In this document: positions 1 to 6,976 of the stretch, piece by piece
Numbering within the stretch: position 1 is the first letter of the stretch
Layout: each line of letters begins with the position of its first letter
NCBI RefSeq assembly: GCF_000284455.1
Contig: NC_017039.1
Span: 2,730,001 to 2,762,000 of the forward strand
Reading direction: 5' to 3'
DNA: 32,000 nucleotides
From: Synechocystis sp. PCC 6803 substr. PCC-P
GTDB lineage: Bacteria > Cyanobacteriota > Cyanobacteriia > Cyanobacteriales > Microcystaceae
The notes under the pieces: model-generated
What the model saw: only the letters and a program-made list of their open reading frames with translations
Database searches by the model: none
Told to the model about the DNA's origin: nothing
Made by a program: the position numbers and the translations under genes

Positions 1-601
1 CCAGGGTGCCCTCTTGGATCAGATCTAAAAGTTCCAAGCCCCGATTTTGGTATTTCTTGGCGACGGAAACCACTAGCCTTAAATTGGCTTTGATCATGTG
101 GGCTTTGGCCGTAATGCCCTGCTTTTCAATATTCTCTAATTCTTCCACCGTCAACCCCGCCAACTCCGCCCATCGTTTTTTACCGCTTTTGAGGGTTTGC
201 TTAAGGGTCGCTACGGTTTGCCCGAGGATTTTGGCCCAACGTTCATAGGAAGGACGATGACCCAACTGGACTAAAAGTTGATCGTGGACGGCGATCGCCG
301 TTTGGTATTGGTCAATGGCAGCATCGGATTCTGCGGCCCGATTTTGGATTTCCACTAGGCGGAGATAGCTTTGCACCTGCTGGGCTATGTGCACCTCTTC
401 ATCTCGCTTCAACAGGGGAATGCGACCAATATCCTGGAGGTAAAGGCGCACTAAATCAGTACTAAATTGCTGACGATGGGCTACAGCGGTGTATTCCAAA
501 TCCTGGGAGTCTGCCGTTAAATCCTCTTCCTCCAGCGGCAACATAGCTTCCAAATCTCGTACATTAGTCAGTGGCGGCTCATCGTTGCTTGGTTTAGTCA
601 T
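1..601 (-). CDS. sigC: Group-2 sigma-70 family RNA polymerase sigma factor (N-terminal ~200 aa; the 3' end lies beyond the window start)
   Basis: Absent from the ORF track because it runs off the left edge. Reverse translation from ATG (601-599) gives [20 protein letters not shown]...[24 protein letters not shown] (region 1.2) ...[30 protein letters not shown] (region 2.1/2.2). The symbol rests only on remembered PCC 6803 synteny (sll0184 beside slr0201/sll0183/sll0182). The family call is much firmer than the symbol. Confidence 0.8.
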   Translation of the reverse strand, partial: MTKPSNDEPPLTNVRDLEAMLPLEEEDLTADSQDLEYTAVAHRQQFSTDLVRLYLQDIGRIPLLKRDEEVHIAQQVQSYLRLVEIQNRAAESDAAIDQYQTAIAVHDQLLVQLGHRPSYERWAKILGQTVATLKQTLKSGKKRWAELAGLTVEELENIEKQGITAKAHMIKANLRLVVSVAKKYQNRGLELLDLIQEGTL

Positions 602-907
602 GGAGGTCCGGGGGTGACTGGGACTCGATGTTAAGTCAAGGGTAACATTCTTTAATTGTCTATTTTTTTGTCGGCGCTGCCCCTACAAACTGTTCCGACT
701 ATAGTCGGGGTTTGCCTGGACAATATGGTTCTATAATCCCGGTCTCTCCATTGTAAACCTTTCAAAAAATCTATGGCCGATGGCAGGCTTTTCCATTGAC
801 GGAGAGCATTAAAGACGTTGACTAAACTTAGTGGGGAATGGCGTTTTTTGTTCCCCGACCAAAAGCCCACGATATACTGCCTAGAGAGAACACTTCCCGT
901 CGCCGCC

Positions 908-1813
908 ATGATTACTGCCCTTGAATATGCCTACTTTCCCGGTTGCGTTGCCCAGGGGGCCTGTGGGGAATTGCACCTGGCCACCACCGCTCTGAGCAAA
1001 GCTTTGGGCATTAAATTATTGGAGCTAAAAAAAGCTTCCTGTTGTGGCTCTGGCACCTTCAAAGAAGATTCCCAACTGTTAGAAGATAGCGTTAATGCCC
1101 GCAATATCGCCTTGGCAGAACAGTTAAATTTGCCCTTATTAACCCATTGCAGTACCTGTCAGGGCGTAATTGCCCATGTGGACGAACGGCTAAAAAAAGC
1201 CCAAAAAGATGACCCAGCCTATGTGGAACAAATCAACGGTTACCTAAAAAAAGAAAGCTGTGCTCCCTATCGAGGCTCCAGCCGGGTGACCCATTTACTC
1301 TGGGCTTTGGTACAGGATTTTGGGCTAGAAGCTTTGGCCCAGCGGGTCAGGCAAAGTCTAACTGGCCTCAACTGTGCTTCTTTTTATGGTTGTTACCTGC
1401 TCCGGGCCCAGGAAAATTTGCCGGAAGCTAACCCTTTTGATCCCCAATCTCTGGAAAAAGTCTTTACTACCCTAGGGGCTAACCCCATTTACTACGAAGG
1501 TCGTACCCAATGCTGTGGTTGGCCCATCTCCAGCTATGCTACGCCCCAATCTTTTCAACTGGCCGGCCGGCATTTACAAACGGCGATCGCCGCCGGGGCC
1601 GATTGTTTAGTTACCCCCTGTCCCCTATGCCATCTGCAACTGGATTCCCGTCAACCGGAAATTGGTCAGGTATTGGGGCAACCATTAAATTTACCGGTGT
1701 TACATCTGCCCCAATTGGTAGGTTTGGCCCTAGGCATTGATCCCAAGGAGCTGGGACTTGACCGCCATGTGGTTTCTACTACCCCAGTGTTAGCTAAGCT
1801 TGGTCTTACTTAA
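908..1813 (+). CDS. Heterodisulfide reductase subunit B-like protein with two CCG domains (possible succinate:quinone oxidoreductase type-E subunit)
   Basis: Two C...CCG...CxxC modules are present: YFPGC..ASCCGSG..HCSTCQG and FYGC..TQCCGWP..PCPLCHL. The track ORF starts at TTG 818. I prefer ATG 908 ([13 protein letters not shown]), which matches the usual N-terminus of the family. Confidence 0.8.
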   Translation: MITALEYAYFPGCVAQGACGELHLATTALSKALGIKLLELKKASCCGSGTFKEDSQLLEDSVNARNIALAEQLNLPLLTHCSTCQGVIAHVDERLKKAQKDDPAYVEQINGYLKKESCAPYRGSSRVTHLLWALVQDFGLEALAQRVRQSLTGLNCASFYGCYLLRAQENLPEANPFDPQSLEKVFTTLGANPIYYEGRTQCCGWPISSYATPQSFQLAGRHLQTAIAAGADCLVTPCPLCHLQLDSRQPEIGQVLGQPLNLPVLHLPQLVGLALGIDPKELGLDRHVVSTTPVLAKLGLT

Positions 1814-1856
1814 CTTATCTAACAATTAGTTCAGGCAAATAAGGCTTAACTCGGGT

Positions 1857-2150
1857 TTACTGCAAGCGACTGGCCATGGTGATCAGCCCCTGCTGACCGA
1901 TAAGAATTTCCCGTAAAAAGGTACAGATGAAGACCCAGAGGATAGGAGCTAGGTCAACGCCGCCGATGGGGGGCACTAGCTTACGCAGGGGAATTAATAA
2001 TGGCTCGGTGGGTAGGGCAATGAGCTTCCATGGCCATTTAGTCAGCTCTACCTGGGGATACCAAGTGAGAATAATCCGAAAAATAAATAACACCGTCATC
2101 ACTGCCAGCAGAATTCCTAAGCCCTGGCCGACGATCGCCGCATAATTCAT
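1857..2150 (-). CDS. YggT/Ycf19 family small integral membrane protein
   Basis: MNYAAIVGQGLGILLAVMTVLFIFRIILTWYPQV...LPTEPLLIPLRKLVPPIGGVDLAPILWVF is the characteristic YGGT repeat sequence. ATG 2150 is preferred over the track's TTG 2168. Confidence 0.8.
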   Translation of the reverse strand: MNYAAIVGQGLGILLAVMTVLFIFRIILTWYPQVELTKWPWKLIALPTEPLLIPLRKLVPPIGGVDLAPILWVFICTFLREILIGQQGLITMASRLQ

Positions 2151-2348
2151 ATTTTTTCTGTGCCCCAACTAGGCTGAGATTTTGGCAAAAAGGTCTGCTT
2201 TGATTTTAGGCAAATTGGCGGTCAATCTTCAAATGAGGAACTAGGCCGGCAAGAATTAAGCGCTGATTATGCCCTGTGCATGGGTCACTATTTCTATGGT
2301 TTTTCCCTGGCTTCGTAGGCGATCGCCGCTAACCACAGTTTGATATTC

Positions 2349-3128
2349 CTAGAGTCCCACTAGGGGTAGTAAATATTTAAACGCCATGGAAGCCACCCCC
2401 CGCACAATGGCATCCAACTGGGGATTTCCTGCCCCCTGACGTCGGGCCTCCTGCATATTGGCCAAATCTTCTAAAAACTGCTCTGAAGTTTTAACCCCCA
2501 CCTCATCCTGGTTTTCCTCAAACAATAACTGGGCATATTCCACATTTTGTTTAGCGGAAGCTTCATTGCCAATTTTCAGCAAGGTCAAACCCCGCCCTAA
2601 ATATCCCGGCGCAAATTCCGGGTCCAGGGCCAAGGCTTGGTCATAGTGGTTGAGGGCAGATTGATAATTTCCCTTACTGGTTTCTAACAGGCCCCAGCCA
2701 TAGAATAGTTGGGGAGTGCCGGCTGTATTCGGAACGGCTTTGGCCCCCTGCATATAGGCGGTTTCCAAATTGGTATTGATAAACGTCGCCCGGTCAAAAT
2801 AGGCTTCCCGAAAATCGGTACCATCGGTGATCGCCCCGTTTAAATTTGCCCCCGACAGATTAGCCCCATTCAAGGAAGCGGAAGTTAAATTAGCACCGGA
2901 AAGATTCGCTCCCGTCAAATCTGCCCCCGACAGATTGGCCCCCGATAAGTCCGCCCCCGTCAAATCCGCCCGGGTGAGGTTAACCATCACCAAGCCTGCC
3001 CCCCGCAAATCACAGAGGGGACATTTTTTAGTGGATAGCAGTTGGGTCAAATCCTCAAAGTTGGCCCCGTGGGCAGCGCCAGCAAAGGTAGTTAGGCCCA
3101 GGGCCACAAGAAAGGGACGAATTTTCAT
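2349..3128 (-). CDS. Secreted pentapeptide-repeat protein with a C-terminal TPR-like region
   Basis: There is an N-terminal signal peptide (MKIRPFLVALGLTTFAGAAHG). A run of A(D/N)LxG pentapeptides follows (ADLTGADLSGANLSGADLTGANLSGANLTSASLNGANLSGANL), visible as 15-nt periodicity at about 2830-2990. The C-terminus is TPR-like (GNYQSALNHYDQALALDPEFAPGYLGRG). Confidence 0.8.
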   Translation of the reverse strand: MKIRPFLVALGLTTFAGAAHGANFEDLTQLLSTKKCPLCDLRGAGLVMVNLTRADLTGADLSGANLSGADLTGANLSGANLTSASLNGANLSGANLNGAITDGTDFREAYFDRATFINTNLETAYMQGAKAVPNTAGTPQLFYGWGLLETSKGNYQSALNHYDQALALDPEFAPGYLGRGLTLLKIGNEASAKQNVEYAQLLFEENQDEVGVKTSEQFLEDLANMQEARRQGAGNPQLDAIVRGVASMAFKYLLPLVGL

Positions 3129-3248
3129 GGGTTAACGCCAAGGGAACTGCACTTAAAATTGCTCTCCATTCTAGCCAAATATCTGGATAGTCCCCACCCC
3201 CATGGCCGCAACTCAGTTATGGAGGGGTCAAGCCATGGAGCAAAGTGC

Positions 3249-3425
3249 CTAGATGGGTTTGACTGCTTCCAGTTCCGAGAGCCGAAAAGTGACTAATTTG
3301 TCCCAGTTGCCATTTTCAAATAGGACTGCAGCCTTACCGTCACTAACCCGTTGAACTAAGCCTTCAAAGCGATAGTAAGTATCATCAACATTGGTGACTC
3401 GCACCGTTGCACCGGGAAAAATCAT
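3249..3425 (-). CDS. ndhS: NDH-1 complex subunit S (ferredoxin-docking, SH3-like fold), 58 aa
   Basis: Hand-translated; at 58 aa it falls below the track's length cutoff. Sequence: [61 protein letters not shown] is at 3425-3423, TAG at 3251-3249, and an in-frame upstream stop at 3458-3456. It matches my memory of the NdhS/CRR31 family (ssl0352 in PCC 6803). Confidence 0.7.
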
Positions 3426-3632
3426 AATGGCTACCTGATTTTGGATTGGACAATTCTAGCAAAGGAGCAGGTTTTCTTTCGCCCCTAAACCTAGAGTTAA
3501 CCATAGAAATATGTGGGGGGAAGTACTATGGGCTAATCTTTGGTTGGGGGCTGGGATGGGTCTTGGGATTTATTTATCTTTGACTCAACCCGGGTAGTTC
3601 AAATGGATCAGATGGAATGGCGTGAATATCGA

Positions 3633-4325
3633 TTAATTGTTAATGGGGCTTATTTGCCACCGTCCCTCTGCCTGAACTTCCAAACATTGCCGGTGAAAAT
3701 TTCGCAGGGTAGGTCGATGTCCCACGCTGATGAAGGTTGTACCCAAATCCGTCAGAGCATGGTAGAGTTCCGCCTCGTTATTCACATCCAGAGCGCTGGT
3801 GGCTTCGTCGAGGATGGCATAGCGGGGTTGGTTGATGAAAACTCGGGCTAGGGCAATACGTTGTTGTTCCCCCAGGGAAAGGACGCTGGACCAATTTTCC
3901 AGGCTATCCAAACCACCAAAACGCTCGGCTAAGTCCGGTAGATTAACCTTGTTTAAAGTTTCCAAGAGAAAATCGTCGTCCGCTATGGATTGGGCACTGG
4001 GGTAAATCAACTGTTCACGCAGGGTGCCCAAAATCATGTAGGGCCGTTGGGGTAAAAATAATAAGTCCGCCAGTTCAGGTCGTTCAATGGTGCCTTGACC
4101 GCTGTCCCATAAACCGGCGATCGCCCGGAGGAGAGAGCTTTTGCCACTCCCGCTTGGGCCCATGATCAACAGATGGTTACCGGGAGCCACGGCCAGGGAT
4201 AAATCCCGTACCAAAATCCGTGAGGAATTGGGGGGAGAAAGGGTGACATTTTCCAGGGCAACGGTGGCACCAATACGGGTTGTGATAACGTTGTGGTCAA
4301 AACCAGTACTTTCCGGCCGTTCCAA
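3633..4325 (-). CDS. ABC transporter nucleotide-binding domain (3' part of a split ABCD-type half-transporter gene)
   Basis: Walker A is GPSGSGKSS, the ABC signature is LSLGEQQR, and Walker B is AILDEATSALD. The only available start is a TTG with no SD. The ORF begins 1 nt out of frame from the stop of the upstream TMD ORF. Confidence 0.8.
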   Translation of the reverse strand: MERPESTGFDHNVITTRIGATVALENVTLSPPNSSRILVRDLSLAVAPGNHLLIMGPSGSGKSSLLRAIAGLWDSGQGTIERPELADLLFLPQRPYMILGTLREQLIYPSAQSIADDDFLLETLNKVNLPDLAERFGGLDSLENWSSVLSLGEQQRIALARVFINQPRYAILDEATSALDVNNEAELYHALTDLGTTFISVGHRPTLRNFHRQCLEVQAEGRWQISPINN

Positions 4326-4326
4326 T

Positions 4327-5619
4327 TCATTGCTGGGGCCATTTTAAAGATTCGTAAAATTCTCCTAAACGGTTAATGCTGGCGGCAAATTCAGTAATAT
4401 TTTGAATCTGGTTGGTTACTAGAGATAGGGCAGAAAGGACCATGCCAAAGGCCAAACTAGCTTGGGCGATCGCCCCGAAGTCCAGGTCTCCTGCGAGGTA
4501 AAGGGGGGCGATAATAATATAGGGAATTAGCCTGGTGAAATAGTTATAGCCTAGCTGAAATAGGCTGATTAAAGCTTGCCAAATAATTAGTAAATTAAAG
4601 TTTCTAATCGCCCCTAGCAAACGATCCGTAACCTGTTTCCGCTCTAGCCCTTCTCCCCGGTAAAAAGCGATGGATTCGGCGTTATCTCTTACCCGCACCA
4701 AGCCGTAACGGAAATTAGCTTCCAACCGCAGTTGTTCATAGTTAATGCGGATTAGCCTAGTGCCAATGGCGATCGCCACCACTGTCCCGAAGACCGCATA
4801 ACCAATCAACCCCCACATAAGGGTTTGGGAAATGGTGTAGAGGATGGCGGTAAAGGAAATTAAGGTGAGGATGGAGTCAAGGATATCCAATAAAAAATCC
4901 AGAGTAACCCCGGTAAAGGATTGGATATCCTGGGTTATCCTTTGGTCGGGATTATCAATTAAGGTATAGGCAGAATTGGAGTCGAGATGATAGTAGGAAC
5001 GCCCTTTAAAGTAGCGGCCAAGAAAGTGTTCCGTCAGCCATTGCCGCCAGAGCACCCCTAACTTTTGTCGTAAATAGCGGTAGGCCACAATGATGGGAAT
5101 AGCCACCACAATGACAATGCCATAAATCCAGAGAAATTGCCAAAATACTTCTGCATCTTTGCCGTTTAAAGCTGTATCAATGAAGCGAAAAACAAAGCTT
5201 AAAATAACGTTTAAGCCGTTGACAACAAATAGTAGAGATAATAATACGCCCAACAGCAACCACTGGAGCCACCGTTGTTGTAATTTTTGGCGCTGGCTGA
5301 TGAAAACAGCCCCGGCCATGGCCAAGGCCACTAAACCGATCCAAGGAGCCGGGGAATTGATCAGACCTTGTACCCCATCTACCAAACCCTCACCAGATTT
5401 AGCAAAAAAGTCAGGGAAAATTGCTGTGGCCCAGAGGGTCAACCCCATGGATAAAAATAGGGTCAAGGCCACCACCACCACCATGAGGGCCAGGATGAGA
5501 CCGAGAAAAACCCGAGTTTGCTTTTGCCCCACCGGATAAAAATAGGGCTGGGCAGTTTCAACAAAGCGGTGCCACAGTTGGCGATCAAACTGAAAACGCT
5601 TGGCTTGGGCTTGGGTCAT
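4327..5619 (-). CDS. ABCD-type (ABC_membrane_2 / SbmA-BacA-like) transporter transmembrane domain
   Basis: Multiple hydrophobic helices are present. The ABCD-family signature EANFRYGLVRVRDNAESIAFYRGEGLE is also present. ATG 5619 (MTQAQAKRFQF) is preferred over TTG 5628. The ORF ends at TGA 4329-4327, directly abutting the NBD ORF. Confidence 0.8.
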   Translation of the reverse strand: MTQAQAKRFQFDRQLWHRFVETAQPYFYPVGQKQTRVFLGLILALMVVVVALTLFLSMGLTLWATAIFPDFFAKSGEGLVDGVQGLINSPAPWIGLVALAMAGAVFISQRQKLQQRWLQWLLLGVLLSLLFVVNGLNVILSFVFRFIDTALNGKDAEVFWQFLWIYGIVIVVAIPIIVAYRYLRQKLGVLWRQWLTEHFLGRYFKGRSYYHLDSNSAYTLIDNPDQRITQDIQSFTGVTLDFLLDILDSILTLISFTAILYTISQTLMWGLIGYAVFGTVVAIAIGTRLIRINYEQLRLEANFRYGLVRVRDNAESIAFYRGEGLERKQVTDRLLGAIRNFNLLIIWQALISLFQLGYNYFTRLIPYIIIAPLYLAGDLDFGAIAQASLAFGMVLSALSLVTNQIQNITEFAASINRLGEFYESLKWPQQ

Positions 5620-5662
5620 AATTCTCAAAAGCCGGATTGAACATTAGTGTGTTGAGTAATGG

Positions 5663-5690
5663 AATCTACGGATGTCATTCAAACAGTCAA
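5663..5690 (-). promoter_or_regulatory. Candidate sigma-70-type promoter for the ABC transporter gene
   Basis: On the minus strand: TTGACT (5690-5685), a 16-nt spacer, then TAGATT (5668-5663). This sits about 40 nt upstream of ATG 5619. Pattern match only. Confidence 0.3.
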
Positions 5691-5756
5691 GGACTGTGAA
5701 AGTTACTCTACAAAATGAATAATTGAGTATTTTACTTATTATAATAAGTCATAATT

Positions 5757-6380
5757 TTAATCAGATTCTAACAAGCATTTTTGAAGCGCATCTAGTCGCT
5801 CATTTTCATCATTTATACGAAACCATTTTTGTGAATTTACTAAATATTGGATGGTCATTTCATCAATTTTTCTTGGCCCACTATTTTCTTCTTTTATAAG
5901 ATTGGTGGCTTGAATCACGAGATTTTCAAAATTCAATATATTCATGTCATTTATTAATGATATTGCTTCAAACATAGACTTGAGTCCATGGGAAAGTTTA
6001 CCAGAATAAATGCATATTTTTTCATCGGGAGGGGTAAAGTAAGTTATTCCAAAATTAGTTAAGACTTTAGCATCAGAAAACATTTGAAAGCAGGGAATGC
6101 CGTAGAGAATGAAGCAAGGCAATTTTGTTATCCTTGAGAGTTCAAATATTTGATTAATAGAGCGATCATTAGGCGGCTCACATTTAACTTCAACCCAGAA
6201 GTCAAGCTTCGGAAAATAAAAATCTGGGACATATAATTCCCGATTTGGCAGCTTAAATGTTTTTGGCTCGTATTCAAAAAAAGCTCCGATCATTCTAAAT
6301 ATTGATGCCCAGGCTGCTTCTGTTCTGCCTCTAAAATAAAAACCATTAAAATAGGTTACTTTGCCTTTATTTATATTCAT
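5757..6380 (-). CDS. Orphan PD-(D/E)xK nuclease-fold-like protein (TnsA-N / DUF1064-like core) with an uncharacterised C-terminal half
   Basis: Residues 15-66, YFRGRTEAAWASIFRMIGAFFEYEPKTFKLPNRELYVPDFYFPKLDFWVEVK, carry an E21 ... D53 ... E64-x-K66 arrangement (nt about 6183-6320). The gene is very AT-rich. I recognise no homologue for residues about 100-207. Confidence 0.5.
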   Translation of the reverse strand: MNINKGKVTYFNGFYFRGRTEAAWASIFRMIGAFFEYEPKTFKLPNRELYVPDFYFPKLDFWVEVKCEPPNDRSINQIFELSRITKLPCFILYGIPCFQMFSDAKVLTNFGITYFTPPDEKICIYSGKLSHGLKSMFEAISLINDMNILNFENLVIQATNLIKEENSGPRKIDEMTIQYLVNSQKWFRINDENERLDALQKCLLESD

Positions 6381-6539
6381 AATTTAATACTTTTTTAGAT
6401 TCGATTCTGATTTTGCCTGAGTTTATATTCAAAGAAAAGACTTAAAAACTGGAAAAAAGCAACCTTTTTACTAATAACGAATAAACTAACTTTAATAAGT
6501 CTAAGTTAATATCTTCTCCCCAATAATGAACATCAAGCA

Positions 6540-6743
6540 CTAGGCCATAAATAAAAGTGGTTTAGGATTGGGCAAAGGTTGATCATCTTTTGTTAATAAA
6601 CCTAATACCTGCTGGGCATTATCAAAAGCCTCTTCATAGGTTTCACCATGGGTAACAGGTTGCATCACTGTTTCAAACTCAGGTAAAAAGACAACAAAGC
6701 AATTGTCTTCATTTGACCATTGAATAACGATTGTATATTTCAC
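6540..6743 (-). CDS. hicB: HicB-like antitoxin (UPF0150/HicB N-terminal fold)
   Basis: MKYTIVIQWSNEDNCFVVFLPEFETVMQPVTHGETYEEAFDNAQQVL matches the HicB N-domain pattern. The GTG start lies 2 nt after the hicA stop. Confidence 0.75.
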   Translation of the reverse strand: MKYTIVIQWSNEDNCFVVFLPEFETVMQPVTHGETYEEAFDNAQQVLGLLTKDDQPLPNPKPLLFMA

Positions 6744-6745
6744 CG

Positions 6746-6961
6746 TTAACTGTCCTCTTGATCAAGTTTTTGCAACATAGCAAGGCTATTCTTTACCTGT
6801 TTTTCAAGGTATGGTTTGGCATCACTGCCATCATTTCCACAAATAATGATAGCTTGCTCCAGTTTGGGATGCTTCCATTTACTATGACTTCCCTTCCCTG
6901 ACTCAACGGTAAATCCTGCTTTGCTAAGTAGACTTTTTAGTTCTCTAATTTTCTTGGGCAT
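6746..6961 (-). CDS. hicA: HicA-family mRNA interferase toxin
   Basis: MPKKIRELKSLLSKAGFTVESGKGSHSKWKHP matches the YcfA/HicA pattern, including the conserved GSH histidine. The gene sits upstream of hicB, the typical order. Confidence 0.85.
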   Translation of the reverse strand: MPKKIRELKSLLSKAGFTVESGKGSHSKWKHPKLEQAIIICGNDGSDAKPYLEKQVKNSLAMLQKLDQEDS

Positions 6962-6976
6962 TTACTACTGAATGGG

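Larger units (their letters stand above)
5629..6976. other. AT-rich, HIP1-free insertion islet (hicAB plus the nuclease-like gene) between the adaptor and ABC transporter genes
   Basis: By eye the segment is markedly more AT-rich than its flanks (sampled lines are roughly mid-30s %GC). I found no GCGATCGC. The gene content is accessory. Confidence 0.45.

Noticed and set aside
818-907. N-terminal extensions from non-ATG track starts (also 30860-30997, 14044-14115, 8483-8563, 12791-12814, 2151-2168, 5620-5628 and 10954-10971)
   Set aside because: These begin at TTG or GTG codons and add non-conserved sequence ahead of an ATG or SD-preceded start that matches the typical family N-terminus. The shorter starts are adopted, with residual uncertainty.
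2827-3135. A 102-aa plus-strand ORF with repetitive APxKxAP-like sequence
   Set aside because: It is the antisense mirror of the pentapeptide-repeat coding region on the minus strand. The repeats keep the opposite frame open, and there is no independent support.
4339-4350. A T TTA AAA heptamer, in phase, at the ABC transporter frame break, suggesting programmed -1 frameshifting
   Set aside because: A -1 slip leads into the third frame (M A P A M N W N G ...), which does not encode the NBD. The NBD frame requires a +1 shift. A simple indel or sequencing error in the A-run is more parsimonious.
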